A stretch of DNA of 64,000 nucleotides from an uncultured Gemmatimonadales bacterium (GCA_963793305.1 CAWBZV010000005.1:192001-256000), one strand, 5' to 3'; shown: positions 1 through 10,194, counted from the first letter of the stretch. Translations and numbers: made by a program. Notes: generated from the sequence alone by a model not told the origin.

Positions 1-357
1 GACCGACGATGCCGTTGGCCGTGTGGCCCGCCGCGGCTTGGGGACGTGCAGCGCCCGACGAATGAGTGCCGCCAATCGAGTCTCGGCCTCCTCGCGATTG
101 CGGCGCTGACTGCGCGAGTCGGACGCGACGACGCGTACGTTGCCCTCGGCGTCCACCCGCGCACCGAGTCGCTCCCGCACCCGCGCGCGCTGGACATTGT
201 CGAGCGCCGTCGTGCGATCGATGTTCCACACGACTTCGATGCGGGTCGATGACGTGTTGACGTGCTGCCCACCCGGCCCGCCGGACCGCGTCGCCCGCAC
301 GGTCAGCTCGGCCCGGGGAATGCTCACACTCCCATTGACGTTGAGGTCGTCGCGCAC
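1..357 (-). CDS. arfB: Alternative ribosome-rescue peptidyl-tRNA hydrolase ArfB (YaeJ); 3' end runs off the window
   Basis: Manual translation of the minus strand from GTG at 357: MRDDLNVNGSVSIPRAELTVRATRSGGPGGQHVNTSSTRIEVVW...SDSRSQRRNREEAETRL...PKPRRATRPT. Contains the GGQ motif, RSQxxN and a basic tail. Not in the ORF track. Confidence 0.9.
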   Translation of the reverse strand, partial: MRDDLNVNGSVSIPRAELTVRATRSGGPGGQHVNTSSTRIEVVWNIDRTTALDNVQRARVRERLGARVDAEGNVRVVASDSRSQRRNREEAETRLAALIRRALHVPKPRRATRPTASSV

Positions 358-1223
358 TACACGTGGGCAGCGCGGAGCACACGGAGGGCGGCAACACGTC
401 GTCCCTCGATCGCGATGATCTCGAGCTCGCCGGCAGGAAACGGGACCCGGTCGCCGAGCTTCGGCAACCGCCCCAGCTTCGCGAACGCATACCCGCCGAT
501 CGTTGTCCACTCTCCATCGGGGATGGCGACGTGATGTTCAGACCGAACATTGATCAACGACAGATTCCCGGCGAGCTCCAGCACGCCCTCGAACTCGAAC
601 GACCGTCGCACGGCGGGCTCGTCCTCATCGGCGATGTCACCGATGATCTGTTCGATGAGATCTTCCATGGTCACGATGCCGGCCGTCCCGCCATACTCAT
701 CGAGCACGACCGCGAGATGCTGCCGTCGGCGCCGCAAATCGTTCAAGACGCGCTCAGCCGGCACGCTGGCCGGCACATACACTGCCTCGCGGATCAGCGC
801 GCCGAGATCGAACGATTCCGCCGTCCAGAGATCCTTGGCGATGAAGATGCCGACGACATCGTCGAGTGACTCCCGGTAGACGGGATAGCGCGAGTAGCGC
901 TCCGTGCGAAGCACGGCCCGTACATCGTCTTCGGTCGAATCGATGGACAACGCGATGATCTCGGTCCGCGGCCGCATGACGTTGTGCGCCCGCTTGTGCT
1001 GAAAGTCGATGACGCCGCCGATCATCTTGGCATTGCCGGCCCGCGCGTCGGCGAGGAAGCGGCGGCGCTGCTCGGGTGGCAGTCCGCGCACCCACGCCGA
1101 CCCCACCTTGCGGCCGACCCGCCAGGTCACGCCCTGCGCCGCGGCGATAATCGCGCCGAAGATCGACTGCGCGAGGTCGGCGAATGTCGTCCACGCGCGG
1201 CCTCGTCGTGCACCTTCGTTCAC
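357..1223 (-). CDS. CorC/HlyC-family CBS-pair protein (hemolysin-like, lacking the full N-terminal membrane domain)
   Basis: VMRPRTEI, YSRYPVY, LAVVLDEYGGTAGIVTMEDLIEQIIGDI and a C-terminal CorC_HlyC domain (TTIGGY...LGRLPKLGD). Confidence 0.88.
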   Translation of the reverse strand: MNEGARRGRAWTTFADLAQSIFGAIIAAAQGVTWRVGRKVGSAWVRGLPPEQRRRFLADARAGNAKMIGGVIDFQHKRAHNVMRPRTEIIALSIDSTEDDVRAVLRTERYSRYPVYRESLDDVVGIFIAKDLWTAESFDLGALIREAVYVPASVPAERVLNDLRRRRQHLAVVLDEYGGTAGIVTMEDLIEQIIGDIADEDEPAVRRSFEFEGVLELAGNLSLINVRSEHHVAIPDGEWTTIGGYAFAKLGRLPKLGDRVPFPAGELEIIAIEGRRVAALRVLRAAHV

Positions 1224-1331
1224 GTTGGGAAACTCCGTGCGGTCAAGCTCGTCTCTTGATAATAACCCTGTGATGTCGTGACGTTGATCAGTCCGTCATT
1301 GAGCCCCCCGCGGGCCAAGCTCCAGCAAGCC

Positions 1332-2963
1332 ATGACCGATCCACGCCGCATCATGCGCGGCGTCTACGTCGGTCGCTTCATCATCTCGGTCGCGATCTTC
1401 CTCGCCGCGCAGCTCGTATGGGAGCGGACGCCGACGGAAGATGCGCGGCTGGCCTCGCTCATCTTCGCGGTCGCGATTCTCTTCACGGCCGCGTCCGCAA
1501 CGTATAGCGAAGTCGTTCACGCCGGCTCCCGCCCGATCCCGCGCCCCTTCTTCTCGCTCCAGACGGCGTTCGATATCGCGCTGGTCACGGCCGTGGTCCA
1601 CGTCACGGGTGGGTCGCTCTCCCCGTTCGTGTGGCTCTACATCCTCGTCATCGCCTGCGCCGCACTGTTGCTGCCCGTGGGCGCGGGGCTCTTGATCGCC
1701 CTCGCCTGCGATGTCTGTTACTTCGCCGAAGTCCTCTGGCTGAGTCACACGGCGCCGGACGTTGGTGTCTGGCTCCAACTCGTCGTCTTCGGCACCGTCG
1801 CACTCGGCAGCGGCTATGTCGGCGCCCGACTGCAGCAAGCCGGCGCCGGCACCGCGGCCGAACTGGTGTTCGTGCGGCTGCAGGCCGAGGACATTCTCCG
1901 CAATATCCGGAGCGGCATCATCACGATCGACGCCCGGGGATATTTGCTCTACGCCAACCCGGCCGCCACGGATTTGCTGGGAATGAGGCCACGCCGTTCG
2001 ACGGGTGCACCAGTCGTGCAACAAATCGCGTCCGTCGCGCCGCGCCTGGCGCGGGCGCTCGAGGAGGCTGCCACCCATCGGTTCAGAACCACCCGCGGCG
2101 AGGACATCGTCACGCTGCCGGATCGCGCCTTCCCCATTGGCGTCACGACGACGTTCAGCGATGGCGACGGCACCCCCGGCTCGGCCACGGCGACCGCCAT
2201 TTTTCAAGACATCTCCGGCCAGAAGCGTCTGGAAAGCCTCCACGTGCGCGCGGGCCGTCTGGAGGCGGTCGCCGAGCTGGGCGCGTCGCTCGCCCACGAG
2301 ATCAAGAACCCGCTGGCCTCTATACGCAGCGCCGTCGAACAGTTGGCGCGGATGCCCCAGGCCGACGAGGACGCGCGGACGTTGGGATCGCTGATCACGC
2401 GCGAATCGGACCGGCTGTCACGTCTTTTGACAGAGTTCCTCGACTTCGCGCGCGTGCGCGTCACGCGTCTTCAGGCCGTCGATGTGGGCTCTATCGCGGC
2501 GGCCGCCGTCGATCTGGTCGCGACGCACCCGGATCGGGCATCTGGCGTCTCCATAACCTGTTCCGTTCCCGACACTCCGCTCGTCATCGACGGGGACGAA
2601 GATCTGTTGCACCGCGCCGTGTTCAATCTCGCACTCAATGCGGCGCAAGCGACGCCACCGAACGGGAAGGTCCGCGTGGAGGTCGCGCCGGTCGCGGCGG
2701 AACAACTCCCCAGTGGCGTGTCGTTCGACTCGGGCGCGGTCGCGCTCAAGGTGAGCGACAATGGACCGGGGATCGCGCCGGAAGTGCGCGAGCGCATGTT
2801 CGAACCATTCATGACGACAAAACCAGGCGGGAGCGGATTAGGCCTGTCCGTTGTGCACCGCGCGATCGAAGCCCATCGCGGGGTGGTGCTCGTTGATACC
2901 GATGCGACGGGGACCCGTTTCACTGTGTTGTTGCCTTACTCGCAGAACGAGGACGTGGCGTGA
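1332..2963 (+). CDS. pilS: PilS-like membrane sensor histidine kinase (TM region, PAS, HisKA, HATPase)
   Basis: H-box LAHEIKNPL, N-box NLALNA, DNGPGI, GSGLGL; N-terminal TMs with DIALVT...TGG.LSPF; heads the pilus locus. Start chosen at ATG 1332 (alternative 1278). Confidence 0.8.
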   Translation: MTDPRRIMRGVYVGRFIISVAIFLAAQLVWERTPTEDARLASLIFAVAILFTAASATYSEVVHAGSRPIPRPFFSLQTAFDIALVTAVVHVTGGSLSPFVWLYILVIACAALLLPVGAGLLIALACDVCYFAEVLWLSHTAPDVGVWLQLVVFGTVALGSGYVGARLQQAGAGTAAELVFVRLQAEDILRNIRSGIITIDARGYLLYANPAATDLLGMRPRRSTGAPVVQQIASVAPRLARALEEAATHRFRTTRGEDIVTLPDRAFPIGVTTTFSDGDGTPGSATATAIFQDISGQKRLESLHVRAGRLEAVAELGASLAHEIKNPLASIRSAVEQLARMPQADEDARTLGSLITRESDRLSRLLTEFLDFARVRVTRLQAVDVGSIAAAAVDLVATHPDRASGVSITCSVPDTPLVIDGDEDLLHRAVFNLALNAAQATPPNGKVRVEVAPVAAEQLPSGVSFDSGAVALKVSDNGPGIAPEVRERMFEPFMTTKPGGSGLGLSVVHRAIEAHRGVVLVDTDATGTRFTVLLPYSQNEDVA

Positions 2964-4348
2964 CCGACGGAAACGGGAATGGCAACGGGAAGCCGTCGGT
3001 CTTGGTGATCGATGACGAGTCGGGGATTCTCGACTCGTTGCGTATTCTGCTCAAGAACGAAGGCTTCCACCCGCATACCGCGCTCGGCGGCAAGATCGCG
3101 TTGGAACAGATCGACGCGATCAACCCCGACATCGTCCTGAGCGATGTCCGCATGCCGGCGGTCGGGGGCGTGCAAGTCTTGAGCGCCGTCCGCTCGCGCT
3201 ATCCCGATACGCCCGTCATTCTCATGACCGCCCAAGCGACGCTCCAGTCGGCGATGCAGGCGGTCAACGAAGGCGCTTTTTACTATATCCAGAAGCCGTT
3301 CCGGAACGACGAGCTCATCGCGATCCTCAAGCGGGCCGCCGAGCACCGTCGTCTCCGCATGGAGAACACGTCGCTCCGCCAGGAGATCAAGCGTCGCGAG
3401 CGCCGGACCGATGGCCGCCCGGTGGGCAACAGCAAGACCTGGCTCGACGTCGTCACGTTGGCCGAGACGGTCGCCCCCACCGAATCGACCGTCCTGATCC
3501 AGGGCGAATCTGGCACGGGCAAGGAAGTCATCGCCCGCTACATCCATCAGCTGTCGAACCGCACCGACGCCCAGTTCGCGTCGATCAACTGCGGCGCGCT
3601 GCCGGAGAGCCTGCTGGAAAGCGAGTTGTTCGGTCACGTCAAGGGCTCGTTCACGGGCGCCGTGAAAGACAAAAGCGGCCTGTTCACCGCGGCGGCAGGC
3701 GGCACGTTCTTCCTCGACGAAATCGGCGAGACCACACCGGCCACGCAAGTCAAGCTGCTCCGGGTGCTGCAACACCGTGAAGTCATCCCGGTCGGCGCGA
3801 CGGACCCGCTCCCGATCGATGTGCGCCTCTTGGCCGCGACGAATCGCGATCTCGAGGAAGAGATCAAGCGCGGCGCGTTTCGCAGCGACCTATTCTATCG
3901 CCTGAACGTGATCGCGTTGCACCTACCGCCCCTGCGGGACCGGCGCGATGACATTCCGCTGCTCGTCGATGCGTTCCTGCGCGGCGCCTCGGAAGCCCGA
4001 AGCGAACCCCAGAAGCGCGTCAGCGACGCGGCGCTCGAAGTGCTGCGCAGCTTCTCCTGGCCCGGCAACGTCCGCGAGCTCGAAAACGCCCTCGAACGCG
4101 CCGTGATTCTGACGCCGGGCGAGGTGATCGAGGTCAGCGCGCTGCCCGAGCGCGTGACCGAGCGCCGGTCAGAGCCGCTCGTATCCGATCGCGTCCCCTC
4201 GACGCCCACGCTCGATGTCATCGAGCGCGCGTATATCCTGTGGGTACTGCAGAGCGAAGGCGGCAACAAGACCCGCGCCGCCGACGTCCTCGGCATCGAT
4301 CCGTCGACGCTCTACCGCAAGCTGTCCCGTTTCGGGGTCGAGGCGTGA
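2960..4348 (+). CDS. pilR: PilR/NtrC-type sigma54-dependent response regulator
   Basis: Receiver (IDDE, LSDVRMP), [32 protein letters not shown]-terminal Fis HTH; overlaps the kinase stop. Confidence 0.82.
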   Translation: MTDGNGNGNGKPSVLVIDDESGILDSLRILLKNEGFHPHTALGGKIALEQIDAINPDIVLSDVRMPAVGGVQVLSAVRSRYPDTPVILMTAQATLQSAMQAVNEGAFYYIQKPFRNDELIAILKRAAEHRRLRMENTSLRQEIKRRERRTDGRPVGNSKTWLDVVTLAETVAPTESTVLIQGESGTGKEVIARYIHQLSNRTDAQFASINCGALPESLLESELFGHVKGSFTGAVKDKSGLFTAAAGGTFFLDEIGETTPATQVKLLRVLQHREVIPVGATDPLPIDVRLLAATNRDLEEEIKRGAFRSDLFYRLNVIALHLPPLRDRRDDIPLLVDAFLRGASEARSEPQKRVSDAALEVLRSFSWPGNVRELENALERAVILTPGEVIEVSALPERVTERRSEPLVSDRVPSTPTLDVIERAYILWVLQSEGGNKTRAADVLGIDPSTLYRKLSRFGVEA

Positions 4349-4349
4349 C

Positions 4350-5975
4350 GTGACGAGATGGAAGGCGGCGATCGTGGCGCTGGCTCTGGCCTCATCGCTC
4401 TCGAGCGTCCGCAACGGATTCGCGTACGATGACGTGCCCATGATCTCCCAGAACACGCCGTTCCATGCGCTCGGGAGCATTGGGCATCGGTTCGTCGAGT
4501 CGTACTGGCCCAGAGACCAGGGACACGCGCTCTACCGCCCTCTGACGACAGCGCTGTTCACGCTGGAATGGGCGGTGGGCGGCGGTTCGCCGCTGCCGTT
4601 TCACATCGTCAACATTCTGCTGTACGCGGCCGTCTGCCTGGCGGTCTATGCGCTGGCGCGACGGCTCGTGTCGCCCACCGTGTCCGTGATCGTCGCCGGT
4701 CTCTACGCCATCGACCCCGTGCACGTCGAAGTATTCGCCAACAGCGTCGGCCTCTCGGAGTTGCTCACCGCCTTGAGCGTCATTGGCGCGACGATCTGGT
4801 ATATCGATCGGCGCACCGTGGGTGACCTGCGCGGACGCGATGTCGCCTTGCTGTCGTGTGTCTATGCTCTCGGGTGTCTCGCCAAAGAGTATACGATCGT
4901 TCTGCCCGCGATCTTGGTCGCGGCCGAGCTCACGGTCATTACGGACGATCGGCCGCTCATTGAGCGGGCGAGAGCACTGCGTCTCCTCCTGCTTTCGCTG
5001 ACGCTCGTCGCCGTGGCCTATATCGCCCTTCGGATCCACGTCACGGGTTCGCTCGTCGCCGAAAATCCGGCGATCCCGCTCCGCGATGCGGCCTATGCCA
5101 CGCGCTGGTGGACGATGCTCAGCCTCGTCACGGAGTGGGTACGGCTTCTGGTGTGGCCGGCGCATCTGGCCGCCGTGTACTCGCCGCCCGGCACGCCGCT
5201 CTACCAGCACGCCAATCTCCAGTCCGCGATCGGGGCCGCACTCCTGCTGGCCGTTGGGGCGCTGGCGCTCGCTGGACGGAGGCGCCTGCCGGTGGCGTCG
5301 TTCGGCATCGCGTGGATCGGGCTCATTCTGCTGCCCATTAGCAATGTCGTGGTCAAGTCCGGCGTCCTGCTCGCCGAACGGACGCTGTTTCTGCCGAGTG
5401 TCGGCGCGGCGCTCATTCTGGGCGCCATCCTCCCGATCGCGGCCACCTGGTTCCCGTGGTCTCGCGCGATGCGTCTCTCAGCCACGGCGGCCGGGGTGCT
5501 CCTGGTCGGCGCCGGGATCTGGCGCTCGGCGACGCGCGCGGTCGTGTGGCACGACAATCTGACGTTGTTCGCCGCCTCGATCGTCGACGAGCCGCTGAGC
5601 TACGCCGCGCACTTTGGAGAGGCCGGCATGATGTTCGACAATCGGAAGTATGGAACGGCCGAGCGGGAGATCCATATCGCATTGCGCTTGTATGACGGCG
5701 ATCCGCGCGTGTACGTGGACCTGGGTACCGTCTATGAAAAGACCGGCCACTGCGACGCCGCCACCCGGCTGGCGAACCATGCGCTCGAGCTCGAGCCGTA
5801 CTTCGTGATGGCGCGCCTGATGATCGCGCGTTGCTTGGAAAAGGCCGGGGACTACCGCGCGCTGCGGTCAGTCGCCATCGAGGGCCTCGCCGACGGCATT
5901 CAGACCAAGTTGTATCGCGAGGTGCTCTTCACGGCCGACAGCGGCGTTCGTGCGGCTGCTACCGGACAACATTAA
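4350..5975 (+). CDS. TMTC-like GT-C membrane glycosyltransferase with C-terminal TPRs (copy 1)
   Basis: NGFAYDD, YRPL, FHIVNILL, PVHVEV, KE, AERTLFLPS, WHDNLTL, then TPR-like helices. Start inferred at GTG 4350 just after the pilR stop. Confidence 0.78.
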   Translation: MTRWKAAIVALALASSLSSVRNGFAYDDVPMISQNTPFHALGSIGHRFVESYWPRDQGHALYRPLTTALFTLEWAVGGGSPLPFHIVNILLYAAVCLAVYALARRLVSPTVSVIVAGLYAIDPVHVEVFANSVGLSELLTALSVIGATIWYIDRRTVGDLRGRDVALLSCVYALGCLAKEYTIVLPAILVAAELTVITDDRPLIERARALRLLLLSLTLVAVAYIALRIHVTGSLVAENPAIPLRDAAYATRWWTMLSLVTEWVRLLVWPAHLAAVYSPPGTPLYQHANLQSAIGAALLLAVGALALAGRRRLPVASFGIAWIGLILLPISNVVVKSGVLLAERTLFLPSVGAALILGAILPIAATWFPWSRAMRLSATAAGVLLVGAGIWRSATRAVVWHDNLTLFAASIVDEPLSYAAHFGEAGMMFDNRKYGTAEREIHIALRLYDGDPRVYVDLGTVYEKTGHCDAATRLANHALELEPYFVMARLMIARCLEKAGDYRALRSVAIEGLADGIQTKLYREVLFTADSGVRAAATGQH

Positions 5976-5984
5976 TGTTCCGCC

Positions 5985-6782
5985 ATGACCGACACGCCCC
6001 GTCCACTCCACGAGCCACTGACCGGCCCCACGATTCAGCGTCTGCGGGGTCGTACGCCGATACAGCGCGGCAACGTCCGCTTGTCGGTGCTGATCCCGGT
6101 CTACAACGAGCAAGCGACGATCCGGCTGATCCTGGACCAGGTGCACGCGGTGAAGGTGCAGAAAGAGATCATCTGCGTCAACGATTGCTCGACGGATGGC
6201 ACGAAGGAGATCCTGGACACGCTCGCGGCCGAAGGGAGGATCGACACGTTGATCCACCAGCCGGTCAATCGCGGCAAGGGCGCGGCGATCCGGACGGCGC
6301 TCGCGGCGAGCACGGGCAACATCGTCATCGTGCAAGACGCCGATCTGGAGTACGATCCCGCCGACTGGCCGGTGCTCCTCGAGCCGGTGATCGACGGAGT
6401 GGCCGACGCGGTCTTCGGGTCCCGCTTCATGGGCGGGCCGCACCGCGTACTGTACTTCTGGCACTCGGTCGGCAACGCATTCCTGACGACCTGCAGCAAC
6501 GTCCTCACGAATCTCAACCTGACCGACATGGAGACGTGCTACAAGGCGATCCGCGGCGATCTCGCGCGGTCGCTCGTGCTGACGTCGGATCGGTTCGGGT
6601 TCGAGGTCGAGGTGACGGCCCGGCTGGCGCAGGCCAAGGTGCGGATCTACGAGGTGCCGATCAGTTACTCGGGGCGGACGTACGCGGAAGGGAAGAAAAT
6701 CGGGTGGAAGGACGGGCTGGCGGCCATCTGGCACATCGTGCAATACAATCTCCAGTCGCCATCGCGGTTGCCCTCGCGCTGA
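5985..6782 (+). CDS. GT2 glycosyltransferase, DPM1/polyprenyl-phosphate sugar synthase-like
   Basis: LSVLIPVYNE, VNDCSTDGT, NRGKGAA, QDADLEYDP, VFGSRF, TDMETCYK, FGFEVE, EVPISYSGRTYAEGKKIGWKDG. Confidence 0.9.
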   Translation: MTDTPRPLHEPLTGPTIQRLRGRTPIQRGNVRLSVLIPVYNEQATIRLILDQVHAVKVQKEIICVNDCSTDGTKEILDTLAAEGRIDTLIHQPVNRGKGAAIRTALAASTGNIVIVQDADLEYDPADWPVLLEPVIDGVADAVFGSRFMGGPHRVLYFWHSVGNAFLTTCSNVLTNLNLTDMETCYKAIRGDLARSLVLTSDRFGFEVEVTARLAQAKVRIYEVPISYSGRTYAEGKKIGWKDGLAAIWHIVQYNLQSPSRLPSR

Positions 6783-8398
6783 TCGCGGCGCTCGCCTACG
6801 CGAACAGTCTCCTCAACGGCTATACCCTCGACGACGCCGCGATCGTACTCGACAACCCCCTGGTCCATAGCCTGACCGGGGTGTGGCGCGCGTTCGCGCA
6901 TCCCTACTGGCCCGAACCGTGGGGGTGGGGTCAGTACCGCCCGCTGGCGATCGCATCGTTTACCGTCCAATGGTGGCTCGGCGGTGGCGCGCCGTGGGTG
7001 TTTCATCTGGTCTGCATCGCCTGGCACGCCACGGCGTGCGTCCTCGTGTGGCGGCTGCTCTCCGCATGGCTCGCGCCCGCCGGGGCGGCATTCGGCGCAC
7101 TCTGGTTCGCGCTCCACCCCGTTCATGTCGAGGCCGTCGCGAGCGTCGTCGGGCAGACGGAGCTCATGGCCGCCGTCTTCGTTCTCGCGGCATGTCTCGC
7201 GCACCGGCGTGGGCAGCGGATCGCCGCGCTCTGGTTCGCGTTGGCGCTGCTCTCGAAAGAGAGCGGCATCGTCTTTCTCGGCCTCGCCTTGGCCGTAGAC
7301 CTCGTAGACGGGGCTCGCCCGGCTCGCCGGTACGCGCTCTACGTGCGGTACGGCGTCGTCGCGGCACTCTATGCGGCCTGTCTCGTGATCCTGTTCGCGA
7401 GCCAACCCTTGAGCAAGATCGCGCCGACGTGGGCGGGCGCGACGGTCGGCGAGCGGTGGCTGACGATGCTCACCGTCGTGCCGCAATACGTGCAACTGCT
7501 GGTAGCGCCGACCACCCTGCATATGGATTACGGGCCGCGCGTGATCGAGCTCGCGACCGCGGTGACGCCGGCAGTTGGGCTTGGCGCCGCGTTGCTCGTT
7601 CTGCTGGTCATCGCTGCGGTGGCTGCGCGAAAGCGGGCGCCGATGGTCACGCTCGGCCTCGCGTGGATCGCGATCGCCATCGCACCAGTGGCCAACGTGC
7701 TCTTTCCCGCGGGCGTCGTGATGGCCGAACGCACCCTCTATCTGCCGAGCGTCGGTGCGGCGCTCATCGCGGGGTGGGTGGCGTATTGGGTGTCGGAACG
7801 CGTGCCACAACGGGCTGCCGCGGCACTCGCCGCCGCGTGCGCCGTGGCCTTTGCGGCCCGGACGTGGACGCGTACGCCGGTGTGGCATGACGACATCGCG
7901 TTGACGCTCGCCGCGCTGCACGACTCGCCGACATCGTACAAAGCCCATCACGCGGCCGGCGTGTTGTTCGCGCAGACCGGGCACTGGACCGAGGCCGCCA
8001 ACGAGTATCGCTATGCGCGATGGCTCTTTCCTCTCGACCTCGAGCCATATCGAGGCGGAGCTGAGGCAGCGCTGGTCGTGCACGACTACGATGCCGCCGC
8101 GGCGCTGCTCGACAGCGCTCGGCATCTGGCGCCCCGCCGCTTCTCCCCGTGGATTCGTCTGGCCGACGTTCGGTTCAAACAGGAGCGGTGGCGCGAGGCG
8201 AGCGCGCTCGCGTTCGGCGCCTATGAGATGAGTCCCGATTCCCTGCGCGCGCTCGGGATCGCCATCAATGCCAACGTGCGGGCGGGTGACATCCGCGAGG
8301 CCGCATCCATCGTCAAGCGCGGGCTCGCCGATCACCCGGGTGACGAGCGGCTCCGCCGGGAGTCAGTGTACGTCGCTGGGCTACCCGGAAAACCATGA
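6704..8398 (+). CDS. TMTC-like GT-C membrane glycosyltransferase with TPRs (copy 2); start uncertain, possibly fused to the upstream GT2
   Basis: YANSLLNGYTLDD, YRPL, HPVHVEAVA, SKESG, AERTLYLPS, RTPVWHDD, TPR tail. The nearest in-frame start is GTG 6704, inside the GT2 gene. Confidence 0.75.
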   Translation: MEGRAGGHLAHRAIQSPVAIAVALALIAALAYANSLLNGYTLDDAAIVLDNPLVHSLTGVWRAFAHPYWPEPWGWGQYRPLAIASFTVQWWLGGGAPWVFHLVCIAWHATACVLVWRLLSAWLAPAGAAFGALWFALHPVHVEAVASVVGQTELMAAVFVLAACLAHRRGQRIAALWFALALLSKESGIVFLGLALAVDLVDGARPARRYALYVRYGVVAALYAACLVILFASQPLSKIAPTWAGATVGERWLTMLTVVPQYVQLLVAPTTLHMDYGPRVIELATAVTPAVGLGAALLVLLVIAAVAARKRAPMVTLGLAWIAIAIAPVANVLFPAGVVMAERTLYLPSVGAALIAGWVAYWVSERVPQRAAAALAAACAVAFAARTWTRTPVWHDDIALTLAALHDSPTSYKAHHAAGVLFAQTGHWTEAANEYRYARWLFPLDLEPYRGGAEAALVVHDYDAAAALLDSARHLAPRRFSPWIRLADVRFKQERWREASALAFGAYEMSPDSLRALGIAINANVRAGDIREAASIVKRGLADHPGDERLRRESVYVAGLPGKP

Positions 8399-10194
8399 GC
8401 GAGACGTTCGACGAGCAGGACCGCTGGCAGCGCTGGGCCGTCGCGAGTCTCGCGCTCATCGCCGTTCTGTGCTACGCGAACGCGTTGGCCAACGGGTACG
8501 TGCAGGATGATCAGGGCATCATCCACGACAACCCGCTGGTCACGACGGTATCCGGCCTGTGGCGGGCGTTTATTCATCCGTACTGGCCCGAACGGAACGG
8601 CGCCGGTCAGTATCGGCCGCTCGTCATCGCGTCATTCGTGTTCGACCGCGCCGTCCTGCATCTCGGCGCCTGGTGGTTTCACCTCGAGAACGTCGCCTGG
8701 CACGCGTTCGTGTGCGTGCTCGTGTATCGTCTGCTCTGTTTAACGCTCTCCTGGCGTGCCGCCTGGCTCGGCAGCGCTTGGTTCGCGCTGCAGCCTATAC
8801 ATGTCGAGGCCGTATCGAACGGCGTCGGTCGCTGCGAGCTCATGGCGAGTGCCTTTGTCCTGCTCGCGTTCTTTGCCCACCGGGAACGAAAGCGCATCGC
8901 GGTGCTCTGGTTCGCGCTCGCTCTCGCCTCCAAAGAAAGCGGCATCGTCTTTTTGGGACTCGCTGTACTGAACGACGTATTGCTGAATCGCTCGAGCACG
9001 AACACGACTGGCACGAACGCAACGGACACGAACGCGGCGGCCACCACGACAGGCGCGCAGCGCCTTCGCGAGACGTATCTCTCGTACCTCTGTGTCGCGA
9101 CAGTCTACGCGGGTGTGCTGAGCCTGGTCTTCCAGCACAAGATGTTCGTCGCCACCGCGGTGACGTGGGACGATGCGACTCCGGTCGATCGCTGGCTGAC
9201 AATGCTGCGCGTGGTGCCGGAGATCGCGCGGTTGCTGCTCGCGCCGGTCGACCTCAAAGTCGACTACACGCCGCGCACGATCGATTTGGTCACCACGGTG
9301 ACGCCGGCGGTCGTCCTCGGGGCCAGCCTGCTGGTCGCCTCGCTCATCGCGATGGTGGCGGCCTGGCGCCGCGCGCCGGCGGTCGCGTTCGGCATTGCCT
9401 GGTTCTATATCGCGTTCTCGCCGGTATCGAACGTCCTGTTTCCATCGGGCGTCGTCCTCGCCGAGCGCACGTTGTATTTGCCGAGCGTGGGCGCGGCAAT
9501 GGTGGCGGGATGGATCGCCGAGCGCGTGCTCGCGGCTCGTCCTCGTGCGGTGGCCGTGTTCGCGACCGCCCTGTTCGCGGCCTTCTCGGTGCGCAGCTGG
9601 ACGCGCACGCCCTTCTGGCACGACAAGCGGCATTTCCTGATCCAGGAAGTGTCCGAGGAGCCGGAATCCTACCGCGCGCATTTCACGGTCTGCGTGCTCA
9701 TGGCGCTGGAGAAAAATTTCAGTGCCGGTGCGTACGAGTGCCGGGTCGCGCGGCAGTTGCATTCCCGGGACATTGGCCCGTATGACACCGGCGCGGACAA
9801 CGCCCTGGGTCTCCACGACACCGCGACGGCCGAGGCGTTGCTCGACAGCGCCTTGCACAAGGGTCCCGACGACTACGCGACGCTGCTGCTCTTCTCGCGC
9901 CTGCGCCGCGTCCAGGGTCGCTATCGCGAGTCGATCGCCCTCGCGTTCTCGGCCTACGAGTCCATGCCGGACAGTCTGTCCCCTATCGACGAGTTGACGA
10001 GCTCCGCGCAGAAGCTCCACGACTTTATGGATGCCGAGGCCGCGCTCCGCCGCGCCCTGGCCGACCACCCAACCAGCGCGCACCTGCACGAGAGCTATGC
10101 CGCGATGCTCGCGGATCGCGGGGACACCGCGGCTTCGCGCCGCCAATTGGCACTGGCCAGATCTGGCGCGATCGCCACGCTGTTCAACCAATAG
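8395..10194 (+). CDS. TMTC-like GT-C membrane glycosyltransferase with TPRs (copy 3)
   Basis: YANALANGYVQDD, YRPL, QPIHVEAVSNGVGRCELM, SKESG, AERTLYLPS, RTPFWHD, TPR tail; clear paralogue of copy 2. Confidence 0.8.
   Translation: MSETFDEQDRWQRWAVASLALIAVLCYANALANGYVQDDQGIIHDNPLVTTVSGLWRAFIHPYWPERNGAGQYRPLVIASFVFDRAVLHLGAWWFHLENVAWHAFVCVLVYRLLCLTLSWRAAWLGSAWFALQPIHVEAVSNGVGRCELMASAFVLLAFFAHRERKRIAVLWFALALASKESGIVFLGLAVLNDVLLNRSSTNTTGTNATDTNAAATTTGAQRLRETYLSYLCVATVYAGVLSLVFQHKMFVATAVTWDDATPVDRWLTMLRVVPEIARLLLAPVDLKVDYTPRTIDLVTTVTPAVVLGASLLVASLIAMVAAWRRAPAVAFGIAWFYIAFSPVSNVLFPSGVVLAERTLYLPSVGAAMVAGWIAERVLAARPRAVAVFATALFAAFSVRSWTRTPFWHDKRHFLIQEVSEEPESYRAHFTVCVLMALEKNFSAGAYECRVARQLHSRDIGPYDTGADNALGLHDTATAEALLDSALHKGPDDYATLLLFSRLRRVQGRYRESIALAFSAYESMPDSLSPIDELTSSAQKLHDFMDAEAALRRALADHPTSAHLHESYAAMLADRGDTAASRRQLALARSGAIATLFNQ
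8997..9041 (+). repeat. Three imperfect 15-bp tandem repeats (cacgaacNNNNNNNN) encoding a Thr/Asn-rich loop in TMTC-like copy 3
   Basis: cacgaacacgactgg / cacgaacgcaacgga / cacgaacgcggcggc, translating to TNTTG-TNATD-TNAAA. Confidence 0.7.

Noticed and set aside
5831..6703. N-terminal extension of the 855-aa ORF, and the similar long extensions of ORFs 23616-24986 and 61590-63734
   Set aside because: These are open-frame run-through over neighbouring genes in GC-rich DNA (the last is etfB and etfA joined by the frameshift), not real extensions
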